Assembly (NCBI RefSeq): GCF_000485595.1
Contig: NW_014577070.1
Coordinates: 708,354-772,353 of the forward strand
DNA length: 64,000 nucleotides
Origin: Priapulus caudatus
Taxonomy: Eukaryota
Direction of reading: 5' to 3'
Shown: positions 27,684-40,100 of the stretch, piece by piece
Numbering within the stretch: the first letter of the stretch is position 1
How the letters are laid out: each line of letters begins with the position of its first letter
Notes under the pieces: generated by a model
What the model saw: only the letters and a program-made list of their open reading frames with translations
Told to the model about the DNA's origin: nothing
Databases searched by the model: none
Position numbers and translations under genes: made by a program

Positions 27684-30600
27684 GAGTAAATAATCACAAA
27701 TATATATATATATTCGCCCCGTTGGAAGAAAATAGTTAAATCGTATGTATTAGTATACATAATAGTATAGTATAGTTAATATATTATGTATTATGGATAT
27801 GTATATATAATGTATCTATGGTATAGGGCTTTCGTATTGCCAGATAAATCGTAAATAGTTGTGAAGATGATTTCATGAAGTGACGTTTTAATATTAAGGT
27901 TGTCGCAGTGATCTCTTATTACTTCGGTTTAGTTATTGTGGTTATCACAAAATTTTAATAGTAAATTTGTTAACGTTTGTGTAGCTCGGGAGTACCATGA
28001 AGGATTTTTTGGTTCAAAGATTGCAGTTTGGTTCAAAAGCATTGATTCTCTCGTTTTTTTCCGTTTAAGGTAAAGATAGAATGTCTGTGATAGATAATAT
28101 GGTATAAAAAACCCCATCTATCATGTCTAGGGTTAGAAAGTTAATTTCGTGTTTGCTTTACGTAGCACGAGAGAGAGTGATGCCACCCAAGTTTGTCGAG
28201 CATTTCCCATCTGTAAGGGCTAATGAGGGAGAGCATGTGACTTTCCATTGCCGCGCAGTGGGTGAACCTACCCCTACCCTGACTTGGCACAAGGACGGTA
28301 TCCAGATTGTACCAAGTCGTGACATACAGTAAGTATACTAGTGAATGGAAGTGATGAACAACGTGATAATGAATGATGATATTGGAGTTTACGCAATTAA
28401 TTATACTTTCCTTATCCCAAGTAGTACAATGGAGTTGTAATTATTAGTGTAGTAAGTATGTATGTCAACCAAATAATGTGCTGATAATCATCAGTAAAGA
28501 AATTCAATTAATTAGATTTATTCATTAACAGTTTGTTAATCTCAACATTAGTTATACAGTAATGCAGTGGGATGCGGTTCTAGTTTGCAATCCATTTGTT
28601 TGCGTCAGTTGATCTTCAAATCAGGTGCGATTGAAATGTTACGTGGAAGTCTATGTTTGTCTGCCCGGTTAAACAGTTATCTGATAACTATCAGTTATAA
28701 CTAGCAGATATAACTATGCAAGTTTATATCAACACGCGTGACAAATTTAGTCGTGAGATAACACCGACGTCTCGTTGCTATCAGGATTGACTCACACGAT
28801 GGAACTTCTATGCTGGTTATGCCACGCTGCCGCAGAGATGATGCAGCCTGGTATGAGTGCACAGCCATAAACGTGGCTGGCAGCGTTACAACCAGGGGCA
28901 AGCTCGATGTGCACGGTGAGTGAGTGAGTGAGTGAGTGAATGAGTGAGTGAGTCACTGGTGAGTGAGGCGGGGGGTGGGGGACACCCTAGAAAGTCGTGG
29001 ACTTTTGAAGTTGCCATTTTCCAAATGTGGAATGTCATGGAAAGTAATGTGTGATGCTGGAAAGACCTGGACAACAGGCTATTATTGTGTGTGGCACTAA
29101 GTAGTCCTTGAAACTGAGCTCATCTTTTTCTCGGGCGCGGTAAAATTGTCTCCATGTAACGGTGTGTTCAGTAATCACTGAGTGGTCCCTGATACCATGG
29201 GCAAAGTCCGTGTTTAGTTAAAATGTTGTGGTCACGGAAAATGGACCTTTATCACGTTCAACACTGTCTTGTTAACAATTGATATATCGCTCCCTGCGCT
29301 GGAATTTTCGCATATTCTTACCTGTTTTAGTCCTGGAAAGCACCTGGAAAACTCCCTGATAACTGTTTTGCTTTATACGTGCCAATCCTGTGGTGCTGAC
29401 GGGAATGTAAGCGTAAATATGTCCTGCACGTTACGCCGTACCGCAGCGCATGATACAGACACGGCCTCAGTCAATCTTTCTTCACACAACTGCTTCACCT
29501 GCACGCACATCGTGTTTTCTAGTTGACCACAAACCAGTGGAGTACAGAGAGATCTACCTGCCGACGGGCAAGGTCAAGCCGAGAGGTCCCGGCGACTCGG
29601 GCGAGACGATCTGGCTCAAGCCGGTCGAGATGGCCAGGTACGAGCGCAGAGAGTCGCACGAGGACATCCGACTGAAGGAGGTGAGGCACACGCAGCAGCG
29701 CGAGGTCACCTCCACCGAGAGGGACTGGGAGGAGAAGAATGTCTACCCGTTCTGGCAGAAGAAGCCCGTCGTCGAGACGAGACGCGAGACCATCTACTTG
29801 AAGCCGACGAAGTTCGAGCATCACGCGGAGGACGAGCAGGGCGAGACGATCTGGCTGAAGCCCGTGGCGAGGGAGAGGTACATTGTGACCGAGCCCGAGC
29901 CGGAGGTGCACGTCCCGGCGCCCGCGCCCAGGCCTCTCTTCCTGACGCAGCTGAACAACATCTCGAGACTGCCCGAGAGGCAGAGGGCTGTATTCGAATG
30001 CCAGGTTGAACCAGTGAGCGAGCCGTCACTGCGCATACTGTGGTATGCTAATGGAAAGCCGATCACACAAGGTATGTTAAATGCAGATTATATATATATA
30101 AATATATATATATACATACATACATACATATTTGTGTATGATTAATTGTAATATATATGAGAATAAATAATAATATAATAAATATTTAATTGCATGGCTA
30201 TTAATGGAGTTACGGTGCACGCCGTTGTTTTCATATTTCTAGTATATATATATATACATACATACATACATATGTGTGTATGAATAATTGTAATATACAT
30301 GAGAATAAATAATAATATAATAAATATTTAATTGCATGGCTATTAATGGAGTTACGGTGAAAGATATAAGGGTACGATACTGGCTTCGTTGATGCATTAA
30401 TTTGAGCAATTTATTAATCCATGTCCATTTTCTATGCAGCAATCGTTTAATTCATTTCTATTTTCGTCAGGTCCGCGCTTCCAGATGGAAATTTCACCCA
30501 GTGGAATGGTTAGACTGACAATCACAGAGGCCTACGTTGAGGACTCTGGTGTTTACACGTGCAAGGCCACCACCTCTTCGGGCGAGGCCTACACTAGTGC

Positions 30601-31068
30601 TACGTTGAGAGTTGAATGTATGTATATACGATGGCATCCTACCTCTCTGATTTGTCGTTAATGTTGTTCTTACATCGTGTAAGGCGCATAACTTAAAAAT
30701 GTAGTATAGAGTTGTAACTAGTTTTCAATAATCGTTTTTTTAATGCTCGATTTTTCAGCCGTAGCAACAAGGCCAACATTAGTACAGGGCCTAAAAGACT
30801 TATCGAACCTAAAGGAGGGAGACAGTGCCCACTTTGAGGTGCACTTCACACCAGCTGATGACAAAGACATCATTGTGGAATGGTTCCACAATGGCAAACC
30901 TATACCCGTTGGTAAGATAACATCACACGACTCGTTTATTACTAAACCATTTCAAGGTTCTCGTTAATTTGCTAACTGATACTTTTGGTGTTTAGTTGCA
31001 ACACCACCCTTACTTCTTCAATGTACTATGCCTATTCACCTTGTGTATAAGTGACGTGAATAAATGTG

Positions 31069-31104
<36 letters not shown>

Positions 31105-34100
31105 TGTGTGCCCGTGTGTGTTTGCGTGTGTGTGATTGCATATAGTTTATGTCGTGTAATCATTAGAGCAAGTTCACTAAACCATGCATGTTATCGATGC
31201 ACAGGTGGCAGGTTTATAACAGGACAGAGACCGGGAGTGGCGACACTGGACATTTCACCGGTGCTACCCGAAGACAGTGGAGTAATCACGTGCAGGATCA
31301 CCAACAAGGGTGGCTCTGTGACGAGCTCTGCTAACATGCACTGCGCACGTAAGTGCAACAATAACGATTGAATTTGTAAGATCAGAAATGGCATGTAAGA
31401 CGATCGTAATAACTGTTGATAGTAATAAAAAAGTGTTCACCCGTGGCCATCATATCCTATATAGCTAACGATGATCCTCTTATATACATGTCACGCTGTG
31501 GTAATTTTATCTATATGGCAAACTCTGGTAATTTTATCTGTATCTGTGTGGCAAGCTGGTCAATCTATCGACACAACGAATTAGAGATTTTATCTAAATG
31601 ACAGACAATGGTCGGTCTGCTTATATGGCAGACTGGTCATTTTGCCAACATTGCAAAATGTTGGCTATCCCATCTACATGACAAACTCTAGTCATCCTAT
31701 CTACGTGTGAACACGGTTTACGATTTCTGCCTTAATTTATCACAGCAACAGACATTGGCAACAGGCCAGTGTTCATCAACCCACTGAACAACCAGCTGGG
31801 CCTGAAGGAGGGCGGACTGGCCCACTTCGAGGCGCGCGTCGAACCCCACCACGACCCGAAACTGAAGGTGGAGTGGTTCTGCAACGGAGCGCCGCTGAAG
31901 ATCGGCTCGCGCTTCAAGCCGCTGTTCGACTTTGGCTTCGTGGCTCTCGACATATGCCCTGTCTACCCAGAGGATTCTGCCATCTACGTGTGCAAGGCCA
32001 CCAACGAGTATGGCCAGGCAACAACGTCCGCTACGCTGGAGTGCTTCGGTGAGTGCCAACTATCCAGTCTTCGGTGTAATCACTTGTTCGGCTGATATAT
32101 AGCCTAGATTATAATCTATTATAGATATATGTTAATATATATTATAGATGTGGTGAAGTTGAGTTAATGTTGTTTATCGATCAGTCGCACGTCTGTAAAA
32201 AATTTCAGGCGAGGAAGGAACGAAGAGACCAGTGTTTGTCAGCCAACTGAACGACCTGCCAGGCATGCAGGAAGGACAGGCAGCCCACTTTGAGTGCAGA
32301 GTGGAGCCGGCCAACGACCCAACACTGAGAGCAGAGTGGTTCCACGATGGAAAGCCCATTGTGAATGGTACGATGATGGACATGTACCCTGATACCGATA
32401 GGCTTTTACTATTTTTACGAGTCTTTCGATAGACCTCTCTGATTAATACAGAAATGAGCTGGTTATTTGTAAGGATAGTTAGGATGTATAGGATTATGAT
32501 AATTATTCATTGTTGTCTACTCTAATCTCATTAGGACCGAGACACAGGACAAATCTGGAGTTTGGACTGGCCTCACTAGACATCAACCCACTGGTGCCTG
32601 GAGATGCTGGTGTATATATCTGCAAGGTTACTAACGAGTATGGCAGTAGCAATACATCGGGCTCCATGCACGTGCTACGTAAGTGAATTAACCTCCTGAC
32701 CATACCACAAATCAGTAAACTCCGAACAGAGGAGAATATCTCTGAGATATAAATCCAAATGATTAACACGCTATAATATTACTGAAATTAGAAATGTGGA
32801 TAATTACACATAATCAATGTTGTTTTTTCATTTTGATCACGTATTCATGTATTTTCTATTGCAGCCAAAGTGCAACCTAAGCCCCCAACGTTTGTATCAA
32901 CGCTGCGAGCCCAGACTGCCGACGAAGGCAAGAAAGTGATATTCGAATGTCGCTACGAGCCAGCCCGAGACCACGTCACTATTCAGTGGTACCACAACGG
33001 GCAGCCAATACCCGTCGGTAAGCGCGCGTGCTTAATCACGATACCCATGTTATGTGCGTGTGTGCTAGTATTTGCTAAATACACAGGATACTCTTGTAAG
33101 TAGGGTAGTTGCAGAGTATCGGGATGCGAGATTTTCTTTGTAGTTGTTGTCGTAGAGGAGTTATTCACGTGCTCACATGTTTGCAGGTGCCAGATTCAAG
33201 ACGAAACAAGACTTTGGTGTAGCAGTGTTGGAGATTAATCCAGTTCACCTGGAGGACTCTGGCGTGTACAGCTGCCACATCACCACAGAGTGGGGTGATG
33301 ATGATACCTCAGCTAGCTTAACCGTTAACGGTAAGTGCTGATCTTTGCCGCTGTTACCACGAACGTAACTATACGATTACATATATTATTATATACATTG
33401 AGATTACGTTAAAAAATACAACGTATACATATGTTCTTGCCATTACCTATGCCTGTTCTTGCGGCAATGCCATAACCAATGCCACTATAAAATTGCATGA
33501 AGAATTAGATTGTGGCTAGAATTGTTGAACACGTATCACTCTGAAAATATGCATATTTATTGGTTTCGATTTTGATTTGCAGAGAAACTTGAGGGCAAGG
33601 CACCAGTGTTTATCAGTCCACTAAATAACCAGATGGGAATTGTTGAGGGAAAGCTGGCCCACTTTGAGGCTCGTGTTGAACCTCACCAGGACCCTAAGCT
33701 GAAGGTGGAATGGTTCTGTAACGGAAGACCCCTTAAAGTTGGTAAGCAGGAATCACATGTTATGATACAACCACGTACTATTGTAAACATTTAACAAAGG
33801 CCTTACGCATATCAATGCTACCATAACTATATGTATACTCTGTATATAAATGTGTATACACATGTCGCCTGTACTTGTTGTATGTTGTTGTAAGGTAACT
33901 TATATGTAATAGTGCTAAGTCTTTGTAATATTAAAAATTCTCTTCTTCGTTGACGTTCTATATTCCGGCCTCGTTTTGACTGTGGATATTAATTCATGCT
34001 ATGTAAATCTTTATAATATCATTAAAAATATATTATCTTTTCACAGGATCTAGATTCAGGCCTCTGTTTGACTTTGGCTTTGTTGCCTTGGACATTAGCC

Positions 34101-37100
34101 CCTGCTATCTGGAGGATAATGGAGAATATGTGTGCAGAGCGTATAACGACTATGGAGAAGCATTCTCCACCTGCATACTGGAATGCAGTAAGTCCTCTCT
34201 ATTTATAAAATTTCAATTAGTTAACTTGTCTACTTTCTTAAGTCTGTTTCTTAAGTAAAATATTATACAATGATATAACTTTGCTTTTATAATCTCTAAG
34301 TCTGTTGTAGTTATGTTCACATAATTCAAATTCAATAATCAAAATTCAGAATTCAGAAGAAAACAATTCGAAACTCACTCAGATAAAACCTTGATATCAC
34401 AATATAAATATTATAATAATTAAAGCAGAATCGTGAAGATGTATTTCACAAAGTCAATGCCACACGTTATGTTTATGATATGCATTGGTAAGTTTGTGTT
34501 CGCGTGAGCTCATGCATTTGATCGATTTTCTTGCAGTCGACGACTCTGCCAGGCGTCCGCGCATCACTGGCCCACTCAACCACCTGCCGAACATGCTGGA
34601 AGACATGTCCGCTCACTTTGAGTGCAGGGCCGAGCCAGGCACAGACGAGACGCTGCGTGCAGAGTGGTTCCACGACGGACTACCCATCGTTGATGGTACG
34701 ATGCTACAAGAGCACGATGCTACTGCGAAGCTTGCTCGCACACATGTGCATCACACGTGCAATATGCAAACACTCATGGACACGGACGCGCACGCACGCA
34801 CGCATGCACGCACACACAGACAGACACACACACATGCACGCACGCATGCACGCACGCACGCACGCACGCATGCATGCACGCACGCACAGACACACACACA
34901 CATGCACGCATGCACGCATGCACGCACGCACGGACGCACGGACGCACGTACACAGACACAGCCACACATGCACTTGCTTCTTTTCAATTTTTTAGTTTCT
35001 TTGCACGAAAGTATTAATGTGTTTGTATTGCAATTACTACTAAACACCCCAAAACACAGTTTACTAATGAATTGTCATCTCTGTAATGTTCTAGGTCCCA
35101 GACATAGGACAAAACTAGAGCATGGTGTTGCTACCCTGGATATCAGCCCTCTCGGAAGAGGCGACAGCGGTGTGTACACATGCAAGTTCACAAACCAGTA
35201 CGGCACGACCCAGACCTCTGCCAGCATGAGAGTAGATGGTAAGTTAAACCACCTATACTATAAAATTTGTTAAAAGCATCATTAACTAAAAAGACATTTC
35301 CATCCACGAGCGTTCGACTATTCTTTGCTCTTGCGTCATTCAACGACCCATCCACGAGCATAGGTTCTGCCATTCTTTGCTTTCGCGTCGTTCCATGACC
35401 CTCCCGCGAGCGTAGGTTCCGCCATTCTTCACTCTCGCGTTGTTCAACGACCCATCCACGAACATACGTTCTGCCATTCCTTGCTCTCGCGTCATTCAAT
35501 GAACCAATTCGCGAGCATAAGTTCCGCCATTCTTTGCTCTTGCGTCATTTAACGACCCATCCATGAGCATAAGTTCCACCATTCCGTGCTCTCACGATGT
35601 TCAATGATCCAATTGGCGAGCATACGTTCCGCCATTCTCTTGCGTCGTCTGACGATGCTCACGTCTGTTTGCGTTTGCCACCAACAGCCAAAGTGCAGCC
35701 AAAGCCGCCCGTGTTCGTGTCGCCGCTGCACGCGCAGACCGCCGACGAGGGCAAGTCCGTGCGCTTCGAGTGCCACTTCACGCCCAAGGACGCGCCCGTC
35801 AAGGTTGAGTGGTTCCTCAACGGCGAGCCGATACCGCACGGATCACGCTACAGGACGTCGCAGGACTTTGGTGTCGCGGCTCTCGAGATTTCTCCCGTAC
35901 ACAAGGAGGACTCCGGACTCATCACCTGCCAGATCACGACCGAGTGGGGCAGCGCCCAGACCTCGGCTCAACTCACCTGCGCACGTGAGTTATGCGACAG
36001 TTCGACGATCTCACGGTGTTTAACTTTGTGATTCGGCCGGTAAAGCAGGGGAGATATTATTGTAACGTTTGTAAAAAATTCTGTTAAACTGTTAAAGTTA
36101 AATTGTAAAAAATGTTTTTGTACAAAATAAAATTTGGGTTAATAATGATTTAAATACGAGAGCTGGTAAAGGAGTACAATTTGTCGTTATAAGCGCCCCA
36201 TGCGTACGCGGTTTGGGTCGATGCTGATGTACGTACGGTTACAAACTTGGTTAGTTTCCATTATGCAGAGCCACGTAGTTGCACCGTAGACAGTCGTGTG
36301 ACGTGTTTGTTTAATTTCGTACCTGCAGCCAAGGAGACTACTGGTAACAAACCAGTGTTCATCAACCCACTGAACAACCAGTTGGGCATCATCGACGGCA
36401 AGCTGGCCCACTTCGAAGCGAGAGTCGAGCCGCACCAGGATCCCAAGCTGAGGGTGGAGTGGTTCCACAATGGATTCCCGCTGAAGATCGGAACCCGCTT
36501 CCGACCGCTGTTTGACTTTGGCTTCGTCGCTCTGGACATCAGTCCTTGCTATACGGAGGACTCTGGAGTGTACACCTGCAGAGCTTGGAACGATTATGGA
36601 GAAGCCATCGCGACGGCCACGCTCGAAGTCATATGTACGTAAACACATTCATATACATGCTAGTATGTGTAGTATATATATATGCAGGGCTGTAGCTAGC
36701 AGGCCAGCAAGCTGGGAAGTTGCCTCCCCCTAGAGAAACGTAGATGCATCACATAGTCAATGGCAGTCACTTTCCAACCAGAAAACACACCGTACATGCC
36801 TTTACGCCCCCCAAAGGCAAAATATGGTTAGGGTTAATTCGTATATTAGGGCAACTTCCTTGATATGTGTTAATGTACGTACCAGCATGTATAGATAATT
36901 GTAGCCATCGCGTAGCGTTTTGCTATGCACGTGGATGTTATATCCCGTGGCTTGCTGAATTTCATCATGCTGAATAGATACGTGTGTTTTTTGCTGCAGC
37001 TGACCAAGGCACGAGGCGACCAGTGTTTGTTAGTGCACTGAACCATCTGCCAGGCATGAAAGAAGGCATGGCCGCACACTTCCAGTGTAAGGTAGAGCCA

Positions 37101-40100
37101 GCTAACGACCCGACATTGAGGGCAGAGTGGTTCCACGATGGAGTACCTATTGTAGATGGTGAGCTAACCTAACCAACCTAAATCTTACCTTAAATGTCCG
37201 AAAAGCTGTCCACATGAAAATTTTATACATGTATATGGATACGTATCCATGCACTGCTATGTATGTGTGTGACCGTCGTACGTCTTGCAAATGGCATACT
37301 TGCACATGCTTCTGTATATACATACGACTATGTATACATACATACGTATGCATCTAATATACGCGTCTGAGAATAACGGTTATGGGAATCTGTCGCTCTA
37401 TTACTGCAGGACCGAGACACAGGACGAGCCTAGAGTTTGGCATTGCCACACTGGACATCAACCCACTGGTGCCCGCAGATGCTGGCATGTACGTCTGCAA
37501 GGTGACAAACGACTTTGGAACAGCGCAGTCGTCTGCAACCATGGGAGTAGAACGTAAGAGTTGCATAATGCATATAATCAATATGATAGTAAATATATAT
37601 AGATATAAATATAATAGTAACCTAGCCATGAATGCATATAATCAATATGATAGTAAATATATATAGATATAAATATAATAGTAACCTAGCCATGAATGCA
37701 TATAATCAATATGATAGTAAATATATATAGATATAAATATAATAGTAACCTAGCCATGAATGCATATAATCAGCAGTGCATGTTAATCGTAGTATATATG
37801 TGTGTCGCAAAATTGCACGTGTCGATGTGTCGATGCAAATCCACAAACTTCACTCGATTGGATCTTAAATGTGAGTGCGTTTTTTAACAGCCAAGGAAAG
37901 GCCGCAGCCTCCAGTGTTCGTCAGTCCCATACAGGCGAGGACGATACGTGAGGGATACCCATGCAGATTCGAGGCCCGTTATGAACCAGCAAGAGACCCT
38001 GGAGTTAGGGTAGAGTGGTTCCATGACGGTCAGCCCATCCCCGTCGGTACGTATCGCGTTGCAGGATAATTTGTCAAGTAGATTTGTTTGATAATTAGTT
38101 TGATCATTTTCCTAAATCGTTGCAAAGCAATTCGTTCTCTAGTGTGTTTGTTGTAGAATAATATTGCAAAATGCTAACATTTGAGCTTTGGCAGACAACC
38201 AGCTGATGATACCTGGAATTTTCTTGCCTAAGATTTCATTAAATGGCATGTGCTTTTACAGGCACGCGATTCAGACCTTCAACAGACTTTGGCATAGCCG
38301 CACTTGACATTAAGCCAACTGAGGTGGAAGACACTGGTACCTACACGTGCCAGGTGACAAACGATTATGGCCAGGCTCAAAGCTCTGCACCACTGCAGTG
38401 CACTGGTAAGTTATGGGTTTTGCATTGACAAGTGTTTGCAATTTAAGTTACTAAGAAGTTATATGGGGAAAAAGTACGTTTTGTGTTCAGTTAAACTTTA
38501 CTAAACTGTAACTAATGTGTAAACAGTTACTACATGGAACCGAACCTATACTACAATATTATGCATACACTATATGAAATGCTGTAAGCATTATAATTGG
38601 TAAGTTCAGCTGTATTCTACATCATTTCTGATATTTTATGTTATGATTTAATTATATAATGATTTACTGTTACTTAATTTTAGCAAAGAAGACGGGCATG
38701 CGACCCAAGTTCCTGACACCACTGCGCCCGCAGCATGGGCTCATGCAGGGTAAGACTGCTCACTTTGAGTGTCGCCTAGAGCCGACAGACGATCCGATCC
38801 TGAGAGTGGAGTGGTACCACAACGGACAGCCACTCAAAACAGGTGAGCATTCTGCTTTTCGTTAAGCCCCAGGCAAGATCTGCTCGACCCGTCCGTTTAG
38901 GCGGAATACCGATATGCTACCGGCTTCGATATTGTTGCTAGGTCTGTTAAGGTAGATGAGTTCATGCACGTTTTTCCCGCATGCACACGTAATTGTCAAC
39001 TCTGCTACAATCCAGTACCAAGCAAAAAGTTACAAACGCACTCACGGTCTAGCTAGAGGTGAACGTGCCTATCTGTAACGCTAGACGCATAGATCAATCC
39101 AGTTATTATCTACCAGAAATACTCTCGCCTACCACGAAAATCACTCACGGTCTGGCTAGAGCACAACGTACCTTCCAGTAACGCTGGATGGATAAATCAA
39201 TTCAGTTATTCTCCACTCATGCCTACTCTCGCTATTCTACCACAAAACGCACTCACGCTCACCTACCGCAAAACACACTCTCACGCTCTATCTCGCCGCT
39301 CGTCTTCCAGGCTCGCGATTCCGGCCGCTGCACGACTTCGGCTTCGTCGCGCTCGACATCAACCCCGTCTACCCGGAGGACTCCGGCGAGTACATCTGCC
39401 GCGCCGTCAACGACTACGGCGAGGACCACAACCGCACAACGCTCGAGTGCATGGGCGACCGGCCGATCGACTGGACGACCCAGCATCCGGAGGGACTCAC
39501 GCAGCTGCGCCACCTCGAGCAGCCTCGGCGGCTGCGTCCGAGCGAGGAGCGCACGACGGGCCGCGCGCCCGTCTTCACGAGCAAGCTGCGCGACGTGCCG
39601 CACGTCGCCGAGGGATCCGGAGCGCACTTTGAGGCGCGGCTCGAGCCCGCCAACGATCCGGATCTTGTCGTCGAGTGGTTCTTCGACGGCGAGCCGCTGA
39701 AGACAGGTGAGTGTTACGGGAGGAGTGGGTGTGCGTGTGTGTGCGTGTGTGTGTGCGTGTGTGTGTGTATGCGCGCGTGCTTTATCGATCCATCTGTCTG
39801 CAGCGATTGACACGTAATTCTGTGCAAGAAGCACTCTGGTTATAATCGCTCTTGCTGATAGCTGAATATAATTGCTATTTTCTGCTTTGTTGATTATTGC
39901 TCTTTAATTGCTGATACGTTGCAGTATAGTCGTACGTTTAATGAGTAGAAATAGTGATTAACATTGGTTGAGTTACTACTGAAGTAAATGCGCGGGTTGC
40001 AAAAATGAACGTTTGTTTTCTGATGACATTTTTTTTCTTTCTGTAGGTCACAGATTCAGGACTATCCACGATTTTGGCTTCGTTGTTCTCGACATCCTGT

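Noticed and set aside
34696..35094. 399-nt stop-free in-frame intron giving a 262-aa ORF
   Set aside because: Openness is explained by (GCAC)n repeats lacking stops; it interrupts an Ig domain.
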